From assembly GCA_030141605.1 (NCBI GenBank), contig JAQGDQ010000034.1, positions 62,001-126,000 of the forward strand: a stretch of 64,000 nt of DNA. The letters are read 5' to 3'. The notes under the pieces are model-generated. The model was not told where the DNA came from. It did not search any database and saw only the letters and a program-made list of their open reading frames with translations. Position 1 is the stretch's first letter. Each line of letters begins with the position of its first letter. A program made the position numbers and the translations under genes. Positions 13,747 through 25,311 of this stretch are shown one piece after another. This stretch comes from Tubiluchus corallicola (taxonomy: Eukaryota > Animalia > Priapulida).

Positions 13747-14643
13747 ATGGACCTTACTCATTATTTATACTATGTTGCACTTGCAATAATTGGTACAGTG
13801 ACTATTGCAGGCAATGCATTAGTTGTGTTAGCCATGGTAAAATGCAGGGAGTTGCGTCATAACCGTCACTATCTGTTAACATCTCTTGCGATAAGTGATC
13901 TACTATATGGAATAGTCATGTTGACTTGGTCATTTGGCTGCACACTGGGAAATATTGGTAGTTGCGTCAACATGTACATATTAACGGCAGACTATTATTT
14001 TGCTACTTGCAGTCTGTACAACATGTGTGCAATAGCACTAGAACGTTATATGGCTGTCATGAGACCGCTGCAGTATGCACAGCTAGTCACTAGAACAAGA
14101 ACATATTGGACAATATTAGCTGTGTGGTTGTTGAGTTTGTCAGTTCCAATTGCAGTAATACTAACACTCGAAACAGAGGCAAAGTACAAAGGCTCATTCC
14201 TTTTAGGGATACCTCTCATATTTCTCATAATGTCGGTTATATTTCACTTTACACCAGTCATAATATCACTGATTGTGTACCTTAGAATATGGCGAGAAGC
14301 GATCAGACAATTCAACAGAATAAGGACTGAATATGAGATGATGAAGATTCACGTGGTAGAGCAGCCGCAATGCCAAACCAGAGATGCAGAAGCACAAGAA
14401 CCTCAAAGAAAAGCAACCACAACCACTGGAATCATACTGCTTGGCTTTGTTATTGCTTGGACTTTGTATATATTAGTTGTTGCTAGTGAGGCCTTGTGTG
14501 ACTGTGATGCCAGCTTACCAACTCTAATTAGTTACCTAATTCTTTATGGAAATTCTGCTATCAATCCTGCTGTATATGCCTGGAAAAGCCGCGACTTTCG
14601 AAAAGGATTTCATTTTGTTTTGACTTGCTCAGCTAATCGGTAA
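13747..14643 (+). CDS. Class A GPCR, paralog 3
   Basis: ATG at 13747 (MDLT, homologous to paralogs 1 and 2); LAISD, D3.32, ERY, FHFTP, CDC, NPAVY. Confidence 0.93.
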   Translation: MDLTHYLYYVALAIIGTVTIAGNALVVLAMVKCRELRHNRHYLLTSLAISDLLYGIVMLTWSFGCTLGNIGSCVNMYILTADYYFATCSLYNMCAIALERYMAVMRPLQYAQLVTRTRTYWTILAVWLLSLSVPIAVILTLETEAKYKGSFLLGIPLIFLIMSVIFHFTPVIISLIVYLRIWREAIRQFNRIRTEYEMMKIHVVEQPQCQTRDAEAQEPQRKATTTTGIILLGFVIAWTLYILVVASEALCDCDASLPTLISYLILYGNSAINPAVYAWKSRDFRKGFHFVLTCSANR

Positions 14644-15248
14644 GTATTATAAACAGACAACCAGAAAGGGCCCTAATAGAAACAGAATATTGATACTTCT
14701 TTTTGAACTTAGCAAAATAGTTTTTTATAGAAAGTTGAAAATCTAAAGACAGCGAGTTAATGAAAGTAGGACAGAATGCGGCATTATTTAGCAAAGCAGT
14801 TGTACGGTTCCTGAAATAACAATGGACAAACAGTATAAACCCTTGACTAGATTTGGAATGCCAATATTTTTCTTCTGTGGCTCTCAACTTCTGTCTCAGT
14901 TGTAAACTTTCCTGCACACTTTCTGTTTATATTATGTCTAGCCAAGTTTTTCATTATTTTCAGCTGCAGAGACACCTAAACCTAAGGAAGTGAAAAGCAA
15001 AGTTGAGGGATGAAGAGTACAGGAATCGGAGCAGTCAATACACCAGTACATTAGCACCTTCCATTAAATGTAGTGATAATACTTCCTCAAAAAGACATGT
15101 CACACACATTTCATGGTTTCCCCTGTAGTTAAACCTTTTCAAATGAGCACTGTTCTCAGAAAACATACTACATGGAAACGAAAGCCACAGCATAGTATTA
15201 AACTTATTTTGTAACAGGAATAGCATACAGGCTTGCATAAAAGACAAA

Positions 15249-16106
15249 ATTGACCTTATTCTATACGTACACTATGCATTCTTTCGATAATGTGTATAGT
15301 AGCTACTGCAGGTAACACATTAGTTGTAGCGTCAACGGTAAAGTGCAGAGAACTGCGTTATAATCGCAATTACTTGCTAACATCTTTTGCAGAGAATGAT
15401 ATAGTTTACGGGGTGATTTTGTCATTTTACTGCACACTGGGAACAAATTGTGCTAACATGTACACATTAACAACAGACTATTATTTTGGTATTTGCAGTA
15501 TGTACAACATGTTTGCAAGTAGAACTGGAGCGTTATGTGGCAGCGATGAGACCGCTACAGTATGTGAGCTAGCCACAAGAACAAGAATATTCTGGACAAT
15601 ATTAGCTGTGTTTGAGTTTGTTGGTCCCTGTCGCAGTAATATTTTCACTTCAAGTGAATGAACACTGTAGCTTATTCCTTCTACGAATATCTCTTATATT
15701 TTTTATAATTTCAACTATATTTCGCTATTTGCCAGTCATGACAACACTGATTGTGTACATCAGAATATGCCAAGAAGCAATCAGGCAATTCAAAAGAATA
15801 ATGATAGAATATCAGATGATGCACAGTTCTGTAACAGAAAAGCCTCAACTTCAAGCAAGGGATGGAAGAGTGCAAGAAACACAAAGTAAAGCAACTACAA
15901 CTATTAGGATAATACTACTCGGCTTCGTTATTTCCTGGTCATTTTATATATCAGTGCTTCTCAGTGAGGAGCTGTGTGACTGTGACGTCAGCTTACCTAA
16001 TTAGTTACCTAGTATTTGCAGAAATTGTGCTATAAACCCTGCAGTGTATGCCTGGAAAAGCTTGGAATTTAAAAAAAGCTTTTCAGTTTCTCTTATGGCA
16101 CTGTAG
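15249..16106 (+). pseudogene. GPCR pseudogene B (duplicate of paralog 2)
   Basis: Start ATG mutated to ATT (gacaaaATTgacc versus gacaaaATGgacc). Frameshifts split it into ORFs 15290..15661 and 15612..16004. SFYCTLGTNCANMYTLTTDYY is identical to paralog 2. Confidence 0.9.
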
Positions 16107-17091
16107 AGGGTGCTAGGTCCAATACGTAGGACAATGATATGTAAGGCAATAAATAGAGGCTCCAGTAAGAATATGTAAGTGAGCAACAGCCAGGCAATGT
16201 ACGGATATGATAACAACATGGATAAGAATATGGTCATACGCAGGTGAGTAACAGCAACATGCACACAATGTAACGGGTTTCAGCAGAAAAGCAACAGCAG
16301 GGTATTTGTGTAGAGGCAAATATGAATTGAATTTCTTGTTGGGCAGCATAATTACTGTTGAGAGAAGAAATTGTTAACATAAAATTGAAAATGTAAAAGT
16401 GACTAAACTAATCATTTATCCTGTTGCACAGCCTTTGTAAATTAATGTAAACACTGCTTGACCAGCTAAGCATCAGGAAAAGTAATTAAGAAGTAAACAA
16501 TTCAGCAAATGTAAGAAAACACCTGCACGTTATTACCTAAAACAGACGAGCTCGTTAGATAAATGTATCACCTGGCTAATGGTCTAACAGTGATTGTATA
16601 TTATTACAAAAATAGTTTCCTTCTTTTAATAGCAAAACCTGAATGCGAAACAATTATTATATCTTTGTATCAATGTAGTAATTCAGGTTACAATAAACGT
16701 GCCAGTTATAAAGCAATTGGAAAGTTTGCTTCAGGGGACAAATAAACAATAAAGATAACAGTGCAAACTTAAAAATGAAAGTGCAGTGACATTTTTGGCT
16801 TAAGCATTACCATAACTGCAGATTCTAAATAGATTTTGAAATCAACTTTTGTCGATGTTGGTACGTACCAAGTTACTGTATTTAAGTGGGTGAAACTCTT
16901 AAAGCCAGGTCATATTTAGAGCCAAATAGTAAGGGCTTGATGGACATAGCATTCAACACCACATAAAAGGCAAAGACAAAGAGTAATATGACATCCATTT
17001 GACAGTTTTCCATATTCCATTTACTTTCTTTATTCTTGCTGATTATTGGTAAACAGGCCTAAGCAGGCAAACATTTGTGTAAATGTATCAC

Positions 17092-17348
17092 ATGGTCTAA
17101 CAATGATCATGCATTGTAAGACGTAAGATGGTGAGAACAAAGTAAGGTGAGAACAAAAATCACCTCTCTCTATTTAAACAGTATTTGCAAACAAAATAAC
17201 TATTAGACATTTGTGTGCATATTGCATACATATACTAATGGTCTAACAATGATCATGCATTAGGAACACAAATCACCTCTCTCTATTTAAACAGTATTTG
17301 CAAACGAAATAACTATTAGACATTTGTGTGCATATTGCATACATATAC
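17092..17348. repeat. Tandem duplication upstream of paralog 4
   Basis: atggtctaacaatgatcatgcatt and aaatcacctctctctatttaaacagtatttgcaaac...gcatacatatac each occur twice. Confidence 0.85.
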
Positions 17349-17774
17349 AATAAACTGTGGAAGGCATACTGCCAGTTATAAAACATGGAAAGTTTGTTCT
17401 ATCAGTTCTACAAGTAACACTCTGAAGCGAGCATGGCTGTGACGATATTTCTGTCGTAAATTTTATTACAGATCAGTCTTTACATCTTATTGTGTGGTAC
17501 TGTGCTTATTGCTGTGTTACAGTATTTCTAAAAACTTTGGATTCTCAAAAATGAGGGATAAAGAACCTGAATTCAACTCGTTCATGTTGGCCATACACCC
17601 AGCAAGTTTCTCTGTTTAAGGGGAAAAACATTTAAGGCAACACGGTTACAAAACCTTATCACTATATTTTTGTTGCAAATATCAAGCTCCATTTTATAGC
17701 TAAGCCAACAATGAAATTAACTCTTGAAACTTTTGAAGGTGCATATTTATATACAAACTCGCATGAGAGATAAG

Positions 17775-18689
17775 ATGGATATTAGTCCTTACATATACTT
17801 TCCTATGCTAGCAACAATTGGCATAGGAACTATTGCAGGTAATGCACTAGTTGTGGTATCTATGGTCAAGTGCAGTGAACTTCATCATAACCGTAATTAC
17901 TTGTTAACATCCCTTGCTATGAATGATCTACTATATGGTATATTCATGGTGTTTTTGTCATTTTACTGCATATTGGGCAGTAATTGCAGTAACACGTACA
18001 CATTAACTATAGTCTATTATTTTGCCACTTGCAATCTGTATGGCATGTGTGCAGTAGCGCTAGAGCGGTACATTACAGTAATGAGACCATTGCGATACAT
18101 GCAGCTAGTTACAAATAAAAGAACATTCTGGACAATCCTAGCTGTGTGGTTACTGAGTACAGCTGTTCCGATTGTGATAAGTATAGGGACATTATCACTG
18201 GGAGAAAAAACAGGAGATGGTAACTTATTCTTTTTAGAAATACTACAGATACCTGTTTTGTTCCTCACAATCTTTGTTATATTTCATGCAATGCCATTCG
18301 TAACAACACTGGTTGTTTACATCAGAATATGGCATGTAGCAATACGGCAATTCAATAGAATAAGGACTGAATATCAGATGACGCAAATTAATGTGGCAGA
18401 ACAGCAACAAGAACAACAGCATGCTCGGGATAGAGAAGAGCAAGAACCACAAAGAAAGGCGACTACAACTATTGGAATTATACTGTTGTGCTTCACCATT
18501 TCCTGGACATTTTATGTATCAGCAATTATCAGTGGCATATTTTGTAATTGTGATTTAAGTGTTCCAAGCCTCATTAGCTACCTAATCATTTATGGAAACT
18601 CAGCCGTGAATCCGGTGGTGTATGCTTGGAAAAGTCCGGAACTCCGGAAAGCTTTTCATTCCGTCTTAACTTGTGCAGCTAATCGGTAA
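17775..18689 (+). CDS. Class A GPCR, paralog 4 (Asp3.32 replaced by Val)
   Basis: MDIS start at 17775 (in-frame ATG also at 17763); LAMND, TIVYY, ERY, FHAMP, CNC, NPVVY. Confidence 0.92.
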   Translation: MDISPYIYFPMLATIGIGTIAGNALVVVSMVKCSELHHNRNYLLTSLAMNDLLYGIFMVFLSFYCILGSNCSNTYTLTIVYYFATCNLYGMCAVALERYITVMRPLRYMQLVTNKRTFWTILAVWLLSTAVPIVISIGTLSLGEKTGDGNLFFLEILQIPVLFLTIFVIFHAMPFVTTLVVYIRIWHVAIRQFNRIRTEYQMTQINVAEQQQEQQHARDREEQEPQRKATTTIGIILLCFTISWTFYVSAIISGIFCNCDLSVPSLISYLIIYGNSAVNPVVYAWKSPELRKAFHSVLTCAANR

Positions 18690-19320
18690 ATAAAAAAGCT
18701 GTTTTATACTTAAGTAAACATGGAAAGTTCATCCAATGGGACAATATGTAGTGAGAGCGATGTACAATGAAGCACAAGTGTGATGTACCTGCATTGAAAC
18801 TCCGTGAAAAAAACATCCCAGAAAGACAGCTGTGTGTAGTCTTGAGTAATATAGTCCATCATTTGTTGTCTGAACTTCTCAGTAAAATACAAAATACAAA
18901 TAAAGTAGAATTACCAGACGATGAAGAGCTGCAAGTTCCAATAATCACAATTTCATTGCAAAAAACGAAAATCCTGAGATGCAACAGGAAAAAATGAAAA
19001 GGAGATACAAAACCACCAAGCAAAGTAATCAAGGAATAGTGGTAATGTATAGTGTAGTTTTAGAACTAATCCTACAGAAATATGTGGAGAAAATAGCCAA
19101 GTAACATGGAAACTGTTTAGGACTTACCTCCTAAAAAACGAAAAACTACATCTGCAGGTTCAAAGATGGTAAATGGTAGAGGTAAAAATGCTATTGATCA
19201 ACAGAAACAGCAAATAAACTGTTTTTAATTTTGTGTAAACATTTTGATACTATGTTAAATGTGGAAATATGTGGGTGGGGAATAGTGTACCAGGAGAAAT
19301 AGTTTTGGCAATGTGCATAG

Positions 19321-19871
19321 TTGGTTGGTTGGCATCCTTCTGTCTCAGAAGACAATGGAGTATGCGCCAAGACAGTCAGTTATTGATCACATTGATGGAG
19401 CTGCAGCGTCGATTGTGGCTGAACAGTGCGATCCTTGAACGTCTCCAGGGCGCACGCCTGGGCAAGGTGTATGGAGATCCTGAGCTGCCCAGACAACAGG
19501 AACCCCCTCTCTTCCTCCCTGGTGTAGTCCAAAGGAAAGCGGAGTGATACGTTTGGCACCAGGTTGGCTGCAGGAGCTGCCGGAGTCGGTGAGCATGCTG
19601 CACTGGTCCGCCTTCGGGGCTCCACTCCTGATTTGGAAGCTTTACTCCTGTACACATGGCCGTTGGGTCATTTGACCTCCTCCACCCTCTAGCTGTTGGC
19701 AGCTTGTACAGCTCCTCCGCCTAGTGTCGAGATACAATGTGGGCATCCCGCAAGCCTACAGCACCTAGTATTGCTAGGCGGTCACCCATCGAAGTACTAA
19801 CCAGGCTCTATGTTGCTTAACTTCGGAGATCAAACGAGACCCAGTGTTTTCAACGTGATTTGGCCGTAGTT
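19321..19871 (-). mobile_element. 5S rRNA-derived SINE (SINE3-type), about 550 bp, (CCAA)n tail
   Basis: 5S head runs without an oligo-T terminator into a GC-rich body of about 430 bp ending gccaaccaaccaa. TAGTTGGT occurs at both ends (19318-25, 19867-74) as a possible TSD. Confidence 0.75.
19752..19871 (-). rRNA. 5S rRNA-like sequence (SINE head or pseudogene)
   Basis: Reverse complement aactacggccaaatcacgttgaaaacactgggtctcgtttgatctccgaagttaagcaac...ggttagtacttcgatgggtgaccgcctagcaatactaggtgctgtaggctt. 120 nt, collinear with metazoan 5S including the A and C boxes. Confidence 0.85.
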
Positions 19872-20052
19872 GGTGTACATATGAATATAGTTTTTTAACC
19901 AATTTGAACTAATAATTGTATACGCTTTCTGTTACCCATTAAATGTATCAAATATATCAACAGAAATATATTTGACAGTGTAATTTATGTCACAAAGGTG
20001 TCAGTTAAAATTGTTCAAGGTTGTTTGAACAGATTTGGAAGTTTACAAGCCA

Positions 20053-20444
20053 TATAGGTGAGTATCGAACGTTTGAGTTCGAGCGAGATTTTTAGTTCGA
20101 ATTCGATTCGAACCTAACATTATAGATTCAAATAATTCAGCAATTCAACCAAGTACGTTTCTTTATCATTAAAAAGTTTAAAACATCATGCAATTAGCAC
20201 AATTCAGCTATGATATTTGTGCACAATTTTTAAACAAATTATTGGTGGTTTTACTGCAGAACAAAATCGTGTACCATGCATGATCTATGTAAGACCAGTT
20301 TTTACTGCTGGTTCAAAAACTTCTTCGAAAATCTTTCAATCTCAATTCGAATTCGAAATGATGAAATTCGGTTCGATTAGAATTTGAAAGGCACGAATTT
20401 AATTTGATTCGAATTTGCTTTCTGGTAGAGAATGCTTTCCCTTG
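20053..20444. mobile_element. hAT-like MITE, degenerate copy of the family at 60206..60573
   Basis: Collinear with the 60.2 kb copy; rich in TTCGAA/GATTCG subterminal repeats; decayed GGTGAG(T/C)AT termini. Confidence 0.75.
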
Positions 20445-20711
20445 ACAAGTGAACTAATATAATAAACAACAAATTTATTTAACTTAAATAATGGATGGCT
20501 ACTGGTACTGCACACTGCATTTATTTTGCAGAGTTGGTGGAAACAAGTTTGCTATATACACGCAGTGCTTAATAAACAAATTACTATTCTTTTTTTATTG
20601 TATATAGCATATTAGCCAAAAACAAATAAGTTATATGCAGTTGATTCAGAATATGCGAAAAAGGAAGGTGATGCTTTTCTAGCACACAAATGGTACATTG
20701 AAGTTCACCTG

Positions 20712-20960
20712 ATCTGACTAACTGCTAACTTAGCTAATTTTGAACACACGTTTCATTCTACTCCGTACCAGGCATGAAAACAGCAAAAGCCAGATAAGGA
20801 AACACGTGTATAGTGTACCTTCTATATTTTTACGTAATCTAACTAATTGCTAACTTTACTATTTTGAACAAACGTTTCATTCTACTTAGTACCAGGCATG
20901 AAAACAGCAAAAATGAGATATGGAAAAACGTGTGTATACGTGCAGCTTCTATATTTTTAC
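20712..20960. repeat. Tandem duplication (about 125 bp x2) upstream of paralog 5
   Basis: ctaact...attttgaaca.acgtttcattctact..gtaccaggcatgaaaacagcaaaa...ttctatatttttacg occurs twice. Confidence 0.85.
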
Positions 20961-21161
20961 GATGAATGAGCTGTTTAAAATTGCATTTGGTTAAAATAAC
21001 ACAGTTGGCTAACCTTTCACAACTAATCAGTTAAAAGCATCATAAGCGGATGTATGAAATGCGACAATACTATTTCATTGCAGTCAGAATAATAGACTTA
21101 TAATGGAACCGTTACATTTATATATGCAGCGAAATAAGAACAGTTTATTTATCTATGCGAC

Positions 21162-22019
21162 ATGGCTGTACTCTTAGGCTACTACATAACGGCCACACTC
21201 ATTGGATTGATAGCCACATTAGGAAATGCATTAGTTGTGCTATCCATTGTAATGGTCAGGCAATTGCGATGCCATCGTAACTATCTAATATTGTCACTGG
21301 CAATCGCTGATTTACTATACGGTTTATTCGAGGTATTCTTATCAATATACTGCATCCTGAGAACTAAATGCATGAATAGCTACACCATACTACTTGACTA
21401 TTATTTTGGAACGTGTGGTTTATACAGCATATGTGCCATAGCCATGGAACGCTACATTGCCATAATGCGGCCGTTACATTACCAGCGACTTGTCACAACA
21501 AGCACTACACGATGGGCGATCATAACCGCATGGCTGCTGAGCATGATTATACCGGCGAGTGCAATATTATCACTGGAACCAGAAGAAAGAGTCATGTTTC
21601 CAGCTGAAACTTCAGCTGCATTCCTAGCAACATCTGTCATATTTCACTTCATACCGGCATTCGGGACAATGATCGTCTACATCAGAATTTGGAGAGAAGC
21701 AACGAAACAATTCAACCGGATCAAGGCCGAGCAACGCGTGCTGGACGATGCCCTGCAGCACCATCATGACACGGAACACCATAACAAAGCTACAACGACG
21801 ATCGGTATTATCTTGCTGTGTTTCACGTTCACTTGGATGCTGTACACTTCTGTCTTTGTGGGGTTTGCAATCTGTAAATGCAGCATCACTTGGCTCGTGT
21901 TGGCCAGTTACATATGCATTTATACAAATTCTGCCATCAATCCCGCTGTGTATGCCTGGAAAGATCCCGTTTTCCGGAAAGCATTTCATGCTGCACTAAC
22001 ATGTTTGAAGAATCAGTAA
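21162..22019 (+). CDS. Class A GPCR, paralog 5
   Basis: 285 aa; LAIAD, D3.32, ERY, FHFIP, CKC, NPAVY. Confidence 0.93.
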   Translation: MAVLLGYYITATLIGLIATLGNALVVLSIVMVRQLRCHRNYLILSLAIADLLYGLFEVFLSIYCILRTKCMNSYTILLDYYFGTCGLYSICAIAMERYIAIMRPLHYQRLVTTSTTRWAIITAWLLSMIIPASAILSLEPEERVMFPAETSAAFLATSVIFHFIPAFGTMIVYIRIWREATKQFNRIKAEQRVLDDALQHHHDTEHHNKATTTIGIILLCFTFTWMLYTSVFVGFAICKCSITWLVLASYICIYTNSAINPAVYAWKDPVFRKAFHAALTCLKNQ

Positions 22020-23259
22020 ACAAGAAGTTTTTGAAGTTACGGAATTAATATGAAGACCTAGCAGACAGCACCTCAGAATAATGGAAAAGTAACAATGCTA
22101 AAACATCGATAAAAAATTTGTTAAATACTTGTTTAATGTGGTTGTTATTGTGGTTAAAATTGATCAAGAGATATAAAATAAACTGAACAAAACCTGCATG
22201 TGCTTCATTATAAAAAACTTTATTTGAAACACTAACACTTTAGCATTCTAGATAAAGCTCTGAGAGGGAAAAAGTCCACTAATAATTTGTTAACTACTAT
22301 GTTGTTATTAGTAATAATTGATAGTAGTAAAGATGATTTGTTCACATTACTAGAATATGTTCAACCTAGAAATAGGTAGTTTTTTGGTTATCTGTAAAAC
22401 AGTTTGCTAACTTGCCAATGTAATCAAAGTATAATAATTAGTAGGATTGATCCAAATATTTGCCATTCTATTTGAAACTTAAAAGCTAGTAAATGCAGAC
22501 AAAGCAATTTAACAGCTGCAAGTTCAGCAAGGAATATCGAAAGATAAATGAGACAGCTAATGGAGATATATACTGTAGTTATTGATATTGTAATATGTGA
22601 TTGATAAGCTAACACAGCACAAGTGGAAAAGACAAACCTGGTTAATTAATGCAATCAATGGAACGAGTGTGACAGCAGGGGGATAAAATGCCTTTGAAGA
22701 CCAAATGAATCAATATCATAATTCAACATAACGAGGACAGTCATTAGCTAAATGACAGCCATTAATTGGACATCTATATTTACATTAAAAGGAAGAAAGA
22801 AGTGCTCTCTCGTTACGCCTAATTACCTAGTTTCTGGTAACTAACTATGTATGAGATGATTTGAACTGCTATTTCGTACATGGTGAGTGCAGCGACCAAC
22901 TTCATACACGGGTAATTCTCGTTGATGAAATTCATTAAAAACATGGCTAAGCACATGTTTTATGCGCACACACATACAATTGACAGAGTTACAAGGGTTA
23001 CTGAATCACAGGGTTTGTTAGTCGATGACGTAAAACTAACTCGCTCCGGCTGCTACAATTGGGGCTTTAAATGCAATCATCTATCATTCCCATGTCAGCA
23101 CGACAGCGAAATATAATTATCGCCTAAGTGAAGTGCAGTAATGCCGAGTGACATTACTGAGATGTTGATGTGCTGCTGATCTCATGTCGTCTTTGATCAC
23201 AAGACGTTCTTTCAAAGACCGGCATTAGTGAACACAAACAGATTGAAGACACGTCTAAT

Positions 23260-24141
23260 ATGGCAGAACTCATAGGTTATTATGTAGCAGGAGCAATAAT
23301 TGGAATAATAGCCATATTGGGAAACATATTAGTCGTGATATCTATAGTGAAGGTTCGGCAACTGCGATGCTATCGCAATTATCTAATACTGTCGCTGGCA
23401 ATTGCTGATATGTTGTTTGGCTTGTTCGAGGTGTTTTTATCAGTATACTGTATTCTAGGAACTCGGTGCGCAAACAACTACACAATAATGCTGGATTATT
23501 ATTTTGGAACTTGCAGCCTGTACAACATGTGTGCTATAGCAGTAGAGCGCTATATTGCTATAATGCGACCTTTACATTATAGACGACTCATTACAACAAA
23601 AACCACGCGAGTGACGGTCACGGCTGCATGGTTGCTCAGCCTGATTATACCACTCAGCATAGTTTTATCATCGGAACCTCCAAACAATAATGTTTTTCTC
23701 ACAGTTCCATCAGTACCATTTGTGGTAACATCTGTTATATTTCATTTTTTGCCTACATTTGGAGTTACAATCATGTACATTAGGATTTGGAGAAAAGCAA
23801 CAAAATTCTACAGTCGAATGAAAGAACAGTACAAGTTGCAAACCATAGAGCAACATCAACTGGAATCCACAAACACAGACTCAGCGCTACATAACAAAGC
23901 TACCATAACTATCGGCATCCTTCTCTTGTGTTTCACGTTTTCCTGGACACTCTACACTTCAATGTTTGTGGCCTTCGCGGTATGCAAATGTAGCCTCACC
24001 ATTTGGTTGGTGCTAACCAGTTATATGATGATTTATGCAAATTCTGCCATCAATCCTGCAGTGTACGCCTGGAAAGATCCCGCCTTCCGGAAAGCGTTTC
24101 ATGCTGTACTAACATGCTCAAAAAATCAACAGGCAACTTAA
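23260..24141 (+). CDS. Class A GPCR, paralog 6
   Basis: 293 aa; LAIAD, D3.32, ERY, FHFLP, CKC, NPAVY; most similar to paralog 5. Confidence 0.93.
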   Translation: MAELIGYYVAGAIIGIIAILGNILVVISIVKVRQLRCYRNYLILSLAIADMLFGLFEVFLSVYCILGTRCANNYTIMLDYYFGTCSLYNMCAIAVERYIAIMRPLHYRRLITTKTTRVTVTAAWLLSLIIPLSIVLSSEPPNNNVFLTVPSVPFVVTSVIFHFLPTFGVTIMYIRIWRKATKFYSRMKEQYKLQTIEQHQLESTNTDSALHNKATITIGILLLCFTFSWTLYTSMFVAFAVCKCSLTIWLVLTSYMMIYANSAINPAVYAWKDPAFRKAFHAVLTCSKNQQAT

Positions 24142-25311
24142 ACTTTTCGGGAAAGCATCACAAATGAAAATTTACTCAATTAATTCTTGCAAATGCAGAG
24201 CAATAAAACAGTAAATACTTTAATTCACGTTCATTTTAGTGCACACCCTGTTAGTAATGCTTATAGCAGGCAGTTTTTAATTGTAGAAATTACTGTTAAC
24301 AATGAAGACAAACAACGAGCATCCCCTATTACTAGCCCATTGTCCTTTTGTACTTACTGCGCTTTTGGTTTTTCACTAATCCTAGTAGGAAAATGGGTTT
24401 AAATCACAAAAAGTTCCCGAAGGCGTTCATTAAGATATTTTAGCTGCTAGAATGATCCTTGTTTGAAAAAGATACATGCCAGCTCTTTGAAGTACGCGAT
24501 TTAGCATGACTTGCTGCAAAATAGGTTTACTAATTTTTCACATTAGGTGCAGTCATACATTTTCATTGTGCTCTGCAGTTAAGCAGTACAAAATCAAGTA
24601 ATTTATGAAATACTGACGTGAATGCCACTTGCTCAGCCATTAGCAACAATGTAACAATGATCATAATATTTAAAAGAAAGTTAGAACTGTGTGCTACAAG
24701 TTGAGTTTACTAATCAACAAAATGTTTTGACTAATTTTTTTGTTAAAGATAAACAAAACTTGTTCGATTTGCCATCACCGTTACATGCAATTTTAAATTT
24801 TCCGTGCCAATACAGATATACTAATTCTCGCATTTGCTTTCTAAAGCAGAGTTATTGTCTAATCTGACTGGGCATTTCAAGTGGGTCTTACAGGGTGCTA
24901 GTAGGAGTGGGGGACGGTCATTGGTGGGTTTGTTCCTTGTGCGTTCCCGTGTGCTAGCCATAGAGCGCAAACAAATACTAATGTCACAAATTACAACAAA
25001 GTGCAGCAATGTAAACAAGTCGCCTTTCTAGCTGCAGTTATTACGTAATAGTATGCCATACCATTTCAAACCAAATAGTGTTATTGTCATGCTTGTTGCA
25101 GAAACGTAATGCATTACGATTAAAAGATACTATTCTAATTTGAGTTAATGGAGCTTTCTACAAACACATTATCAATGCTTGTAATAACCTGATAGCATCA
25201 GCGTTTGTTCAGATGTAAATAGTGTGTACATTTCTGAATGTTTTATAAACAGATCAGACATAATTCCGCGTAACAGCGGAATATTTGTGGAAAAGCAGAT
25301 TTCTTAATAAA

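Noticed and set aside
19269-19657. Four overlapping ORFs of 69-93 aa
   Set aside because: By-products of the GC-rich SINE body; no recognisable protein.
19752-19871. Functional 5S rRNA gene
   Set aside because: Solitary, no oligo-T terminator, the first bases do not pair with the 3' end, and it is fused to a tailed body.
4997-21999. Alternative-frame and antisense ORFs overlapping the GPCRs (e.g. MQSVQH.. at 5009 and 10858; 21624..21989)
   Set aside because: Shadow frames whose similarity follows from paralogy of the GPCR CDSs.
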